Shown here: positions 13,672-27,204 of the stretch, piece after piece | Numbering within the stretch: position 1 is the stretch's first letter | Layout of the letters: each line of letters begins with the position of its first letter | Assembly (NCBI GenBank): GCA_951406725.2 | Contig: OX597814.1 | Span: forward strand, 143,220,001-143,284,000 | Direction of reading: 5' to 3' | DNA length: 64,000 nucleotides | Origin: Octopus vulgaris | Taxonomy: Eukaryota | Program-made: the position numbers and the translations under genes | Notes under the pieces: generated by a model | Told to the model about the DNA's origin: nothing | What the model saw: the letters and a program-made list of their open reading frames with translations, nothing else | Database searches by the model: none

Positions 13672-15329
13672 AGAGCGAAGGAGAAATAAGTAAGATATTG
13701 CCTAGGACATCAGAGCATCAGATAAAACGCCATGTGATATTTTGCGTGGTATTTAATGTCTCTATGGTGAGAGTGATTATCAATCCCCGTTACTGTTATA
13801 TGATATCGTTTCCCTCAGTTGCGTGAAAATGACTGCTGTTGCTTCTTTCGTTGCCTCTAAGTTAACAACCGTTATAGAAGCAACCGCTTATACCTCAGTC
13901 TCCGCTGACATCTCGACTGCCTGCCTGACACCCAAATCACCACTGTGGATTCAGCTGTTGTATAGGTAAGTGTCTCAGCCGCTGCTAGCACAGATTAGAA
14001 ACCAACACACGAAGGAGACTCAATACGGCCGCTCGGCTTGCTTGTCAAATTCGCCAAATACCCATCTTATCATATTGGGCTAGGCAGATGGGAGGGTAAC
14101 ACATAAGTGAAGTGTCTTTGATTATAGATATTCTCAGGGCTGAGAAAGCACCAGCAACAACAATACAAAAACAACAACAACAATACAAAGACAACAACAA
14201 CAGTCCCTCTATGTGATCACTCGAATTGTCTTAAAAGAAAAAAATTCACATTGATTAATGTAATTCTAGATAAACTTCCTTGGGATAAGATAAGATGAAC
14301 AAAATTGGAATGCTTTTCATCATGAGCATGCTCGATGAAGACTGACATAAAAAAAAAAACCCAACGCCAGCAAAAGTGATCGGGCCAGTTTCAAACTGGA
14401 GTCCATTTCTAAAAGTGTTTATAACCGATAGCACATTTAAAATTGAATATATATAAGTACTGGAGGAAGTATAGGAGTGAAATTGAAAAAAATCGCTTCG
14501 CTGCTATGTTGTTCCAGGTTCGATCACGCTGCTGGGCATATTGCGTGTGTATTTTCTACGGATTAAGGTACCTTATGAGTGGGTAGACTGTATGAGACGG
14601 AAACCATTTAGACACACACATACACGTACTGGATTCGTTTCCTTAGCAATTAAACTATACAGGGGTAGCTTCAGACAGGCATACATTTCCTATAGCCATC
14701 TTCATTCTTTTTTTTTTCTCCACTTATCACAAATCTCAACGACTCCATCTCTTACTTCCAACTAAGCTTTCACGGGCAGCAGGGCAATGCTTTCACTATC
14801 ATTTAAGGCATATCCTCTCGCCAAATCTTTTCTTTCTTAATCTTTTCCTACGGGTCATTCTTTCTCTCTTCCTATTCCCTACCATCTATCTTAATGTCAT
14901 CTCTTCTCGTGTTCCTCTCTATCTTTCTTTCTCCCCATTCCACACTGTCATATGATCCAACTCTCTCTTCCTCCTACGTATTCCTTTAATCTGATTCTCC
15001 TTTATCTCATTCATCCTCTCTCCTGTACCCACTCTCGCATATTCTCATTCTTCTACCTCACTCTCCCTTCCAATTTCTTATTTCTTCATAAGTCCAAATC
15101 TGTGTTGGATTCTTTTCGTCTTCAACCCCACTTCCTCTCATTTCTCTCTCAGATACTACTTGCAGAGGCTGGGATTCAAAGCTTATGCGGGGATGACGTG
15201 GACTCTGGCAGCTGCACTGAAAGTAACCCATCAAAGAAAGCAGTGATTCTGGATAAAATCTAACGCAGTTTGGAGAGGAGACTTTAATCCTGCCTGACAT
15301 GCTCTCTGGTAAAAGTGGCGCAATATAAA

Positions 15330-17420
15330 CGCGCACAATTTATGTTGCAAAGTGGTTAGTAACAAGAAAAGCAGCCACGCTGTAAAACAGTATCAAAATC
15401 AGGAACCAGTCCATTTTAATATATCGATAAAACTTCACTGAATATTCTTGACTATCATCTAGTGAGGTGCAGAAGTGGTGTAGATGTGTGCTACAAGCCA
15501 AATGTGAGACGGAAGCACACCTTAACTAGACTCCTCACCGGTAAACAAAACAGGTATAAATTCGTGCTGGTAGACAATAATGCTAATTAGGAGCATAGAT
15601 GATACAAGCGGCAGAGAAATAGATTGATATTATCCAGAACATGCAGCGGAATAAATAACTTTAGACTAGTGGAAGGTATAGCAATGACTGCTGTTATTTA
15701 CGCTTATGCACCTCTATTGGGATTGCATATTGAACAAAAGAACTATTTTTTATGAATCATATTGAAATCAAATGACAACGGCTTCATTATCTTGGCGAAT
15801 GACTTCAGTGGACATGTTGGACAGCACTAGGTGGTTACTCATGAATACATGGTGGTTATTGATATAGTTTTAGCAATGAGAGAAGATCAAGGTTTCTGGA
15901 GTTCTGAAATGTAAATGAGTCACACAAAATTTAGGAAACCAACGAGGCACTTCACTATTTTAATAAATTTTATTATCAGACTTTATTGTCACCACAAAAC
16001 GAACAAACAAACGAATGTCTTTTCTCGTTGAACACTATAACCCATGATATAAGCTTTTGATCAGTAACATCAGAATTTAAACGAACAGAGAGAAAAAAGA
16101 GATTCTAGAGAAGGAAGATGTGGAAGCAGAAACGTCCCTCTGCTAAATGCTAGTTTAGAGCGATTCTAGATTACTCATATGATAGAAAGAGAGATGGAAT
16201 ACAACCTACAGAACATCCAGGAGCTTTTACGACGCAACATGCAAAAGGCTATAGACCAGATCTGTAGCTGGAATAAGGTTCCAGCCAGATGTAAGGTAAC
16301 ATGGTGGTTGAGTAGTACTGTAGATAGAGTCATAAAAGCTAGGAGATAAGGTCGGAAATATTTAAGAAATGGGACAGCAAAGAACAATATCATGGAGCTA
16401 AGAGAAAAGCTAGGCGACAAGGGTACATAACATGAAAAAAGCTAGAAAATAGTCAGTTTGCAACTGTTTTGGGATGAGAGGATCGGAGGTGTGAATTGTT
16501 CCTGATTTTGAAATGGTGTGTCAGGGTAAATCAAAGCACAACCGCACACTTACCTTCATGAACGATGAGAAGAAAGGTTCTTAGAAATAGAATCACAAGA
16601 GGTTGCTGGATGTGGAAAATGCGTGGGAGAACGAACGTTCTAAAGCACCCAACAAAACTACCAGCTGGTGAAGTGGATAGTTATGTGGGTGGAATGGTCA
16701 GCAACGGCATGATGATGGTGAATAAAGGAAATTCCTTCAATTATAATCGCCGAGATGCTGAAATTATTTTACGGAAAAGGGCTGAAGTTAGACACTTTTA
16801 ATAGATAACCAGTTAAAGCGAAAATATTTGACAAGTCAGTCAGTCGCCGCCGACACTCGTTGACGCTACATCGAAGAGGCCAAGGAACGGAAGAAAGAAG
16901 AAGGAAGACATGCACTCAACACCAAAGCTGAAGACACTTCCGAAAGGAAGGGGGGGGGGCCCTGCCACGTCAAAACGGTAGAGGAGTAGAGGCCGAAACC
17001 GGACGTGGTTCCTCCTGATGATGTCTTGAGCTAACTGGATCCTATAAAGGAACTGTTGTGGTAGCAGACCACGAAACACGGTTGAAATTCCTCAGAAGGC
17101 GTCATACCCAGTGACTGGCCAGACAGTACAATCGCCAACTGCTTACTTGGTCAGAGGATAGGGTTTAGAAAGAGGCAACCACAAAAACATCAGACATCAC
17201 AGTATGAAACGAAACAAATGGGATGAGTACTAGCACACGCGATTAAGCATAGAAATAAGCTTAGAAGAGATGCAGTCTGGATTTGAACGCGGTTCATGTA
17301 ACACCGAGGCTCTAATTATATAAAACTTTCTTTCTTTTATAAGAGATATCAGGAAAGAAGATATTTATATGTGATGTGCACCTTGCTTCAAGTACATAGT
17401 GTTAATTAATTTTAGAAGTT
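15330..17420 (+). mobile_element. Highly decayed RTE-type LINE (APE endonuclease through RT N-terminus), interrupted
   Basis: Remnants LANDFSGHVG (GDFNGHVG), TWW, IPSDWPDSTI and EMQSGF; many stops and frameshifts. Confidence 0.6.
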
Positions 17421-17460
17421 ATATGCTCTGGCTTAAGCACAAGAAGCTGCCTCCACCTTA

Positions 17461-17690
17461 CACACACACACACACACACACACTTACATACATACATACA
17501 TACATACATAAATACATACATACATATATATACATACATACATACATACATACATACATACATACATACATACATACATACATACATACATACATACATA
17601 CATACATACATACATACATACATACATACATACATACATACATACTTATATACATACATATATACATACATATATACATATATATATATC
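17461..17690. repeat. (CA)n/(TACA)n microsatellite
   Basis: Visible directly. Confidence 0.95.
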
Positions 17691-17930
17691 GTTCAAATTT
17701 ACAAAAGACAAAAGATAAAGACAAGTGAGGGAACTACAAGTAGTTGTATTAGTTTGACGTTCGGGAAGAATGGAAAATTGTTTGACGTTTCTAGCCTATG
17801 CTCTTCGGCAGAAAGGGATGAGAAGGGAAAAAAGAAGAGAGAGGGTAAAAAACGGAGAGGGAAAAATGTGTCGCAGTTAACGGTTTACCATGTTGAAATA
17901 CATACATACATACATACATACATACATACA

Positions 17931-17963
<33 letters not shown>

Positions 17964-18012
17964 GTATATAATCACATACATATACGTACACATATATACA
18001 TTTGTACACATA

Positions 18013-18740
18013 AATGGCCTGGTTGTGTGGTAAGAAGCTTACTTTCCAAACACATGATTCCGAGTTCAGTTCCACTTTGTGACACCTTGGGCAAGTAACT
18101 TCTACTATGGCCTCGGGCCAACCAAAGCCTTATGAAAGCATTTGGTAGACGGAAATTGAAAGAATCCGCTCGTTTATGTGTGTGTGTCTGTGTGTGTGCT
18201 GGTTTGTCCACCCATCGCAGCTTGACAACTGGTGTTGGTGTGTTTACGTTCCTCTAAAAGAAACTGATAGTAAGTACTAAGCTAGGAAAAATAAGTCCTG
18301 CAGTCGATTTGTTCGAGTAAAACCCTTGAAGGCGGTACTCCAGTATGGCCGCAATCAAATTACTGAAACAAATAAAAGAATAAAAGAATATATATACATG
18401 CATACATCTTATATGTTTTATTTGCTTCAGTCATTAGACTGCGGCCACGCTGGGGAGTCACCTTGAATTGTTAGTCGAATGAATCGAACCCAGTACTTAT
18501 TTTGTGAAAGCCTGGTACTTATTTCATCGTTCTCTTAAGCCGAACCGCTAAGTTACAGGCACGTAAGGACGTCAACACACACGCACACGACAGGCTTCTT
18601 TCAGTTTTCCGTTTACCAAATCAACGCACAAGGCTTTGAATATAGTAGAAAACACTAGCTCAAGGTGCCACGTAGTGGGACTGAACCCAGAACCATGTGA
18701 TTGGGAAGCAAACTTCTTACCGCTTAGCCACGCATGCGCC
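18013..18740. mobile_element. Two SINE family 1 copies, tail-to-tail (+ then -)
   Basis: Head at ~18013 (+) and head at ~18740 (-), each colinear with the 8715-9145 copy. Confidence 0.8.
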
Positions 18741-19514
18741 CATATATATATTTATATATGTACATAAATATTTATATATGAGTGTAATACTATATGTTTC
18801 TTGGGTGCACTTTATACAAGAAGAGGTTAAACTAGTAATTATCACTTTATGTAAGAAGTCACTAGCCTATAAGGCAAGCTTACTACGTGGCTGCTCGATA
18901 TGCTAGATATAATAGCTAAATCTCCCTCAGATCTCAATTCGATGTCGTTTGCTTATTTATTTTTAAGGGGTGCCGCATAATGGATAATATCACTTTATGC
19001 AAGAAGGGGATAAAGTAGTAATTTAGGCTGTAATCAATACTGTGATTAAAATCTTGAAGGAGGCGCCCCAGTATAGATACAGTCAAATGATTAAAAAAAG
19101 TAAGATTAAAACTATCGATGGATCTTACAGAAGGAGCCATTTCCAGTCATTCACATGGCTAACAGTACGAAAACCCAGGCACCGTCACTCCAAAATGCAG
19201 GTTGCCACTACATGGTTAAGCAACTCGAATGCAAAAATCTCCCTCAGATCATCACGATATTATCGTAAGGAACGGGAACGAGAGAGAGAGAGCAATGCTC
19301 TACATTCCTTTAAAAGCAGTCAAAATTCAGTCGTGATTGACCTGGGAGTTAAACAACAGCAACAACAAACTATCAGTAACAATAACAACAATAAGAAATA
19401 AGATATGCGTTCTCAGAAAACTGGTAGTGGGGTGCGTCGCAAAAAATATTTTCGGTTAAATTTTGTATATTAAAGGATGAAGTTAACGTTTCAGATTAGT
19501 AATTTTGTCACGAG

Positions 19515-19572
<58 letters not shown>

Positions 19573-19630
19573 GTAGATAGATAGATAGAGAGAGAGAGAG
19601 ATAGATAGATAGATAGAGAGAGAGAGAGGG
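19515..19630. repeat. (AGAT)n/(AG)n microsatellite
   Basis: Visible directly. Confidence 0.95.
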
Positions 19631-19771
19631 AGTGCGGTGGGGGGTTATAGTGACAGAGAAACAGTTTCTGAAGATTATTTCAGTCTACATACAATATATC
19701 GTCTGCTTTATTCTTTCAAAACAACGAGGATGGATTAGGTTTCTATTCTTGAAGACATTTTATTCTCTCCC

Positions 19772-19811
<40 letters not shown>

Positions 19812-20547
19812 TCTCGTATTTTAAGAGATAGATCTAAAACGTTAATTCCCTTTTTCTCTTTGCAGTATATGAAGTCATTCAAACTCACGAACCTTTATTA
19901 AATAATAAATTTAACTCTTTTAGTTGCTGCTTAGTCCTTGGTCAGCTCCGACCCAGTAGACCTCTAACAAAAGCCTTTTGTCCGTGTCCATTCCATCTTT
20001 TTCTAAGTCATAGTGTATCTCGGGACACATTATCCATTATGCGGCACCCCTTAAAAATAAACAAACAAACGACATCGAATTGCGATCTGAGGGAGATTTA
20101 GCTATTATATCTAGCATATCGAGCAGCCACATAGTAGGCTTGCCTTATTGGCTAATGACTTATTTTGTTTTAGTATGCAGGTGTGCAGGAAGAAGGGGAT
20201 CAATGACGTAAAGCAGAAAGAGAGATAGAGAAAGAAATAGATAGACTGATAAATAGAGAGAGGGGTAGAGCGAATGAGGAAGAAGCAGTAATCGAATAGA
20301 TTTAATTGAAGATAATTTTTTTGTTCGTTTCATGTTGATTAGTAGGTATATTTTTCTATTTTGTTCATTTGATCTTACAGTAAATTAGACACTAGTTCGT
20401 GTGAGGAATTAACCTGCTATAGATACGTGCTCATTGCAGAGAAAATAAAAGTACACCAATTATAATTAGTTTCATTAATTATCAACTTTATCGAGTCGAT
20501 TTACGCAGGTTTGGCCTAGTGAGGGGAGGAATAAATGTTAAATGCTC

Positions 20548-21113
20548 TTGGGTTGTCTGGAAAGTTCGTGCCGATTAATAGTAGCTTACTTTTCGACTTA
20601 TTTTAGAACATGGTTGAGTCCATAAAATAGGATTTGACTACACCTCCATTTAGAGCACAGTTTAAGCTATCTTTTCGCGGAAGAAGATTTATGTTCCTAT
20701 AACCTGTGTTAATTCTGTAACCCTTTAAAATGGAAGATAAGAAAGTTCATTTTCGATACTTGATGCTTTGGGAACCGGACGAAAATTGCTACAGCTCGGC
20801 CGGGATGTGTCACTCCACCCTCCATATTCACCAGATATTGCTCCTTCGGATTTCCACTTATTCAGATCTCTGCAGAATATTCTTAATGGTAAAAATTTCA
20901 ATTCCTTGGATGTCGTAAAAAGATACCTTAATGAAGTCTTTACCATGAAACCACCTCAATTCTGGGAAGAGGATATTTTCAAGTTAAAGACAAGATGGAG
21001 ATACATTGTGCAACAAAATGGTTCATATTTGATTGATTAAAAATGTAATGGCAAGTATTTACTGACCTTTTTCTTTCGTTTAAAAATCGGCACGAACTTT
21101 CCGGACAACCCAA
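20548..21113 (+). mobile_element. Internally deleted mariner element with both TIRs
   Basis: TIRs TTGGGTTGTCTGGAAAGTTCGTGCCGATT / AATCGGCACGAACTTTCCGGACAACCCAA; N-terminus MEDKKVHFR joined to C-terminal HPPYSPDIAPSDFHLFRSLQN. Confidence 0.92.
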
Positions 21114-21126
21114 TATATTTACTATG

Positions 21127-21305
21127 TGGAGGCACATGGCTTGGTGGTTATGGTGTTGGACTCATGATTATATGATCGTAGTTTCGATTGCTGGACCGGG
21201 CAATACTTTGTGTTCTTGAGTAAAGCACTTCATTTCATCTTGCTCCAGTTCACTCAACTGGTAAGAATGAGTTCGTCTGCGACAGACTGGCTTCTTATCC
21301 AGGGA
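21127..21305 (+). mobile_element. tRNA-derived SINE family 3 (decayed)
   Basis: TGGCTTGGTGG A-box, GTTTCGATT B-box-like sequence, and TTCTTGAGTAA...GCTCCAGTTCACTCA core shared with the 43615-43945 copy. Confidence 0.7.
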
Positions 21306-23058
21306 GAATATATATATACACCAGAGAACCTGGAAAACCTATGCTCATTACCGAACAATGTAGACTAACCAGCCATAGCCACTACACTTACTACCTTCTT
21401 AACGAAGAAGGCTCTACTCGGTCATTCGCTTCCAGAAATTGGAACCTAATTACTTTCAAAACCACACCCCATAATCTTAAATACAAAAGGCTGTATTTAT
21501 GAATCCCTGCTATGCAAACAAAATAAGACGGCTAGGGCTAGAACATTTTTGATCATAAATTTAGTGAATTGGTAACGTTTGCTTCTTGTAAGGTTTGGGT
21601 GGGTCCTTGTATAGGTCAAAGGACTACTTCACATCCAAGGCTATTTTGTAACTTTACAAGTCCACATATTTCAGCAGGTGCACCATCTTGTCATGTGGAT
21701 CTCTTCGATTAGGTTCAGAAGGAGGCGCCCCAGTATAGATACAGTCAAATGATTAAAAACAGTAAGATTAAAACTATCGACGGATCTTACAGAAGGAGCC
21801 ATTTCAAGTCATTCACAAGGCTAACAGTACGAAAACGCAGGCACCTTCCCTCCAAAATGCAAGTAGCCACTACATGGTTAAGCAACTCGAAATGAAAAAT
21901 CTCCCCCAAATCATCACGATATTATGGTAAGGAACGGGAACGAGAGAGAAAGAGAGCAATGTTCTGCATTCCTTTAAAAGGAGTCCAATTTCTGTTCAGT
22001 CATGATTGACTTGGGATACTGAAGCGAGTCTCTAACTTGATTGGTCCTTCTTTTGCCTTAACTCTGCAACCCTTGTCACATGGCTATGACGTCACTAGTT
22101 TTTAGCCATTTCTGTCGTTATTGCCCCAAGAAATGCTCTGATGAACTTTCTCTCTTAGTTCCAGTTCGCTTTGCGCCATCACGCCTGATTCAAAACTCAG
22201 AGCGTCTTCGTCCAAATACTGTTCCCCTCAAACTGCCAGACTTTGGAGCTCCCTTCCATCTTCTTATGACCTGTATTTTTTCATGTCTAATGTAAGTTCG
22301 TTCTTTTCGTCTTAATATTTTCCCTTCTTCGTAGTCTCTTACACTAAGTGGTTTCTCGCCTTGATTAAGATTTAAAAAAAAGTTTGGTGACGAGCGTTGA
22401 CCTGAGGATAAACAAAAATAATAAAAATAAGTTTCAAACAGATACGAGCTACAAAGGAATCTTTAGGTGATGGGCGATTCAGCCGACACGAAATAGTGGC
22501 AAAATTTCCCTCAAATTACACATAGAATTAAAAACATGAAGGGAATGTTGCTTTACGCAGCCTAGATGGCGGGGTGGGGTTATAACTGGAATACCTTTGA
22601 TCATTGGTCTGCTTGATCAGGACTATACAGGGTGCTAGTGTGTTCATGTCACTGTACCTTAGCGGTTTTGGTGTGTTTATGTCACCGTAACACAGCGGTT
22701 CAGCAAAGAGATCGATAGAATAAGTATCAGGGCTTTAAAAAAGTGCTGCCGTCGATTCATTCAACTAAAACTTCTTGACCGCAGTCAAATGACTGAAGTA
22801 AGTAAAAGATAATCAAAGTAAAACAAAAACTAATTAAATCTCTTTTCGTAATGTGCGTAGCTTTGGCGGCAGAGCCGAAGTGGAAGGCGTGCGGTATAAA
22901 ACTTTTTCCTTCACAGATACGCGTGGCGATGGAGCTTTTGCACCGTTAAAAGAACACTAAGTTGTAATGTCCCCGCTATGGGGGAAGGTTTACGAAGTCC
23001 TTGTTCATGACAGTAACACAAGTTTAACAGGATGAGCTGCATAGTTTGTGTGTAGAGC

Positions 23059-23580
23059 AGTGGTTCTCAGCCGGGGTCAATATATGATTTTGGGAGATGC
23101 TCACAACAAAATAATAAACTGGAGATTCACAATAGTATTTTAAGGGTTCTGAAAATATTTTGCTTTAGACGTATGTATTGGTATGTGTTGCAATAAAGAG
23201 CTTGGTTTCTTTCTCTAACATTTTCCATACCGTAAATCCTCGAGTATAGTCCGCCCTTGAGTATAACACGCAGCGTCTGAATAAACATTGCCGGAGAGCA
23301 AATAGAAACTCGGACATTGCTTAGAAAATATATTTCATTTTTAACCGCGTATATAGTACGCACTAGGGATTTTGACCTTTAAATTTTGGGGGAAAATGCG
23401 GATTATACTCAAGGATTTACGGTAATTCAACCTACACAAGTCAATGTTTGAAAAACAGTATAGGAATTTTGAAAAAAGTTTCTAGAACACTAGTTTTTAA
23501 ACATCGAATGGCTATGCGGGTCCGCCTGAATAAAATAGTAATCAAGGGGTCCATAGATAAAAAGTGATTGAGAACTCCTG
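23059..23580. mobile_element. hAT-like MITE containing a nested Tc1/pogo-type MITE
   Basis: Termini CAGTGGTTCTCAG / TTGAGAACTCCTG; homologous to 10757-11009. Confidence 0.6.
23230..23422. mobile_element. Tc1/pogo-type MITE with TA duplication
   Basis: TIR CCGTAAATCCTCGAGTATAGTCCGC / GCGGATTATACTCAAGGATTTACGG, flanked by TA on both sides. Confidence 0.85.
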
Positions 23581-23860
23581 GTGTGGAGGATGCTATGAAA
23601 AGGAATACTGCCTGTCCAAAGCATTTTCGTAATCATGTTCTGAACGTCTGTGCTTGTTTTCTGACTTTTAGTTGGCCCTTGTTTCACACGTTATGAGTAA
23701 TATAAAGCTTTCCTTTCATAAGTTCCAAGTTACTCTGGTCGATGGAAAAAAATTGAGAACGTGTATCATATATGATGCATGGACACCAGAGAATTATGTC
23801 CTGCATATCACAAATGATACACGGAACAGGCAAAGGGTTAAATATGAATACCAGTTTCAT

Positions 23861-24085
23861 TGTACATTATTTACACTATTTACATTTGACGGATATTTGT
23901 CCTCAGCTTGTTTGTTGTTTGCACAACGTTTCGCCTTCATCAAGTGAGTTGGGAAAATTTCGAACTTGGGTTCTCATTCCTAAGGTATTTTTCGATGTTG
24001 TTGTTGTTGTTGTTCAAGTCACTTCTTGGAATCGAACTCGGAATCTTGTGGTTAGTAGCCCGCTCTTAACCACTACGCCATATGC
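23861..24085 (-). mobile_element. SINE family 4 (tRNA head plus hammerhead tail), copy with deleted stem II
   Basis: Colinear with 51413-51657; minus strand TTGATGAAGGCGAAACGTTGTGC. Confidence 0.8.
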
Positions 24086-24796
24086 TTGTGGTCATATAGA
24101 ACTGTACAATTTTATTGTATCAAAAAGATAGGACTCTTAGTTTTTTGGGACAGATAAGAAAATTTATTACTCAGGCAAATCAAGGAAATATCTTTGAAAA
24201 TATAACCGAACGGACGATCCGCAATATCTTGGAAATAACAACCAAATCTCTCTTAATCCCTTAACTCTATCGTCGTGAAAAGCGGCACATTGGGTAACGT
24301 AGTCAGGAGTACTCTACTGTCGCAAGGAAGGAAAGAAAAGGAAAGAAAAGACGAAAGGACTAGATGATCATGGCTTGAATACCTTCATAGCTTCTATGTT
24401 GAGATCTCTTTGATAAGAATATACTTGAAGCTAAACAGCAACGACGATGATTGCGACGATGACGGCGGCAAGGGCGACAACATTAACATTTTTAACTGCT
24501 TCTGTTTGAAAATTTACTCTAGAAACTCTCAAATAACAGCCTTAAAGAAAAACAGGAGTACAACTAATTTTACAAGCAATCTAACAACTCATGAGACATT
24601 TTAATGTAATTATCGAGTAATATCCAATTGTTCTGCAAGTAACAGCAGCCAAAGACTTCTAGAAATCACACCCAACCGACATTTGAAAGCAAAAAGATTG
24701 AAAAGGGAAGGAGCATATGTGGGTTAAAGACGAAGCAGTGACAATTAAAATATATTTGACCATAGGGTCTGTTTGATAAGAGCCGACCAAGAAAAA

Positions 24797-24896
24797 GATG
24801 ATGGTGATGATGATGATGATGATGAAGATGATGAATGATGAAAGATCGTGTGAACATGGAAGAGAAACGAAAGAAGGATGGGAAGGAGGAGGAGAA

Positions 24897-24952
<56 letters not shown>

Positions 24953-25086
24953 AGAAGAAGAAGAAGAAGAAGAAGAAAAGTAAAAAGGAGAAGAAGAAAA
25001 AGAAGAAGAAGAAGAAGAAGAAGAAGAAGAAGAAGAAGAAGAAGAAGAAGAAGCAGAAGAAGAAAAAGAAGATCAACAACAACAAC
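24797..25086. repeat. (GAT)n/(GAA)n trinucleotide tracts
   Basis: Visible directly; source of the poly-K/E/R/F/L ORFs. Confidence 0.95.
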
Positions 25087-25179
25087 ACCAGCGACCAAAA
25101 GTTTATAAATTTTTATGATGTCAACAATATATGATTTTCACTAGTAAGATTAAAGTTTTTAAAACAGATATATTTCGGA

Positions 25180-25250
25180 GGATTGCTTTGGTACAATGGT
25201 AGAACGCCTATCATATTAACAGACGTGGGTTCGAGTTCTACGAGTGGTCT
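25180..25250 (+). mobile_element. tRNA-like SINE head
   Basis: TGGTACAATGG A-box and GGTTCGAGTTC B-box; no clean cloverleaf. Confidence 0.55.
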
Positions 25251-25470
25251 TCGACTTTAGAATCCGATTTTTAAAAAAATATTCCACGTTCTCTCAAAAG
25301 TTTATAAATTCTCATGACGTCAACAATATGTGTGTGTGTGTGTGTCTTACTGTTTGCCAACTGGCATTAGTTTGTTTATGATCCCCGTAACTTGACGGTG
25401 TGGAAAATGGGTTCGATAGAATAAGCACCAAAGTTTAAGAAATAACTACCGGAATCCCATGGTCACAATG

Positions 25471-25900
25471 TACGAGGGGAAGTCAAAATTTTTCAGCATT
25501 TTTGCCATAGCATATCTTTATTATTGTAACACTGCTTTCTGCACATGCGCGCTTAAAGTTGGTGCCATTGAGGTCTCGTGATCGAAGCTTGAGCCTCCTC
25601 GCGCTATTTTTCTTTCTGACTTTACAGTGTAAACATGGCCGCTCCGCTAGCAATGAGCACCAAAGAAGGACAAAGAGCAGTAATCCGATTTCTCTGGCCG
25701 GAATGTGTATCAGGTACTGAAATTCATCGGAGGCTTTCAACACAATACAGGAACTGTTCACTACAGCGTAGAAGTGTGTATGAGTGGATCGAGAAGTTTA
25801 AAAGTGGTCGGACAAGGGTGATGCATGATGAGGGAGCAGGACACCCATCAACCTCTACCACCGATGAGAAGATTCAGGAAGCTCGAGAGATGGTAATGGT
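25471..25900 (+). mobile_element. Mariner 5' fragment (TIR plus HTH-encoding ORF start)
   Basis: TA-CGAGGGGAAGTCAAAA terminus; ORF 25635 QRAVIRFLW...EIHRRL..QY...SVYEWIEKFKSGR...GHP is a typical mariner DNA-binding domain. Confidence 0.85.
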
Positions 25901-26478
25901 GAAGCCACAAATTTCAGGCCTTGTGCATATTCTAGAAAGGATTTATGAAAACTTAATTATCGTGTAGTTATCTTCTTCTTGTTCTTTCTAACCCTGATCT
26001 CAGCTATTCACATTACATAACAAAATGTGTATTCTTGTTTTCAGGAATATTTACATTTGTCGGTCCACATTTTGGCCTCGAACATGCAGACTATACTCCA
26101 AGGTATTCGTTATTCATAACTTTATTGGCTGGACTCCTGTCCATAGTTGCTGGTAGTATGCACATAGTTGTGGTTAAAAGAACAGTCTGCGAATGAGGAA
26201 ATTTCCATTACCAAAGTGCAAAATCATTTACGTTTTGCCCCTTTAATTTACACAATTAAAACAAAAACTGTAAAGAAAATTAATTTTTCAAATTTTATTT
26301 TGTATTTGAAAATAAACGATTTCATATGTCTATTATGTGTGTCTTTGAGTTTTTACTATTTCTATCTTTATTCAATTAATCAGTCAGATAATTATCGCAC
26401 AAAACTAATGACTTAGACAATGCGGCACCTATCATCAGAATCATCGTTGTCGTCGTCATCAACGTCATATCCATCATC

Positions 26479-26896
26479 AAGGCGTCGAGCTGGCAGTAAC
26501 GTTAGCATGCCGGGCGAAATACTTAGCAGTATTTCGTCTGTCTTCACGTTCCGAGTTCAAATATCCAACGAGGTCGACTTTGCCTTTCATCCTTTCGGGG
26601 TCGATTAAATAAGTACCAGTTACGCACTGGGGTCGATATAATCGATTTAATCCGTTTGTCTGTCCTTGTTTGTTCTCTCTGTGTTTAGCCCCTTGTGGGT
26701 AGTAAAGAAATAGGTATTTCGTCTGTCGTTACGTTCTGAGTTCAAATTCCGCCGAGGTCGACTTTGCCTTTCATCCTTTCGGGGTCGATAAACTAAGTAC
26801 CAGTTACGCACTGGGGTCGATGTAACCGACTTAATCCGTTTGTCTGTCCTTGTTTGTCCCCTCTGTGTTTAGCCCCTTTTAGGCAATAAAGAAATA
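26479..26896 (+). mobile_element. Tandem array of SINE family 2 followed by an older SINE
   Basis: Head AAGGCGTCGAGCTGGC; two units ending ...AAAGAAATA. Confidence 0.88.
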
Positions 26897-27168
26897 AGAA
26901 TCGTTAGTATGCGGAGCAAAATGCTCAGTGGTGTTTCATCTGTCTCCAGGTTCTAAATTCAAATTCTGCCGAGGTCGACTTCACCTTTCATCTTTTCTCA
27001 GTCGAAAATATAAGTTGCGCTCTTTACGTTCTAATTATGCCACTTTTGTCTTTGCCGCTCATCCTTTTGGGGTTGATTAAATAAATACTAGTTGAGAACT
27101 GGAGCCGTTGTAATTGACTGTTTCCCCTATACCACCAAATTTCAGGCCTTTTGCCTATAGTAGAAAGG

Positions 27169-27169
<1 letters not shown>

Positions 27170-27204
<35 letters not shown>

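Noticed and set aside
24666-25134. Poly-K/R/E/F/L ORFs
   Set aside because: (GAA)n tract artefact
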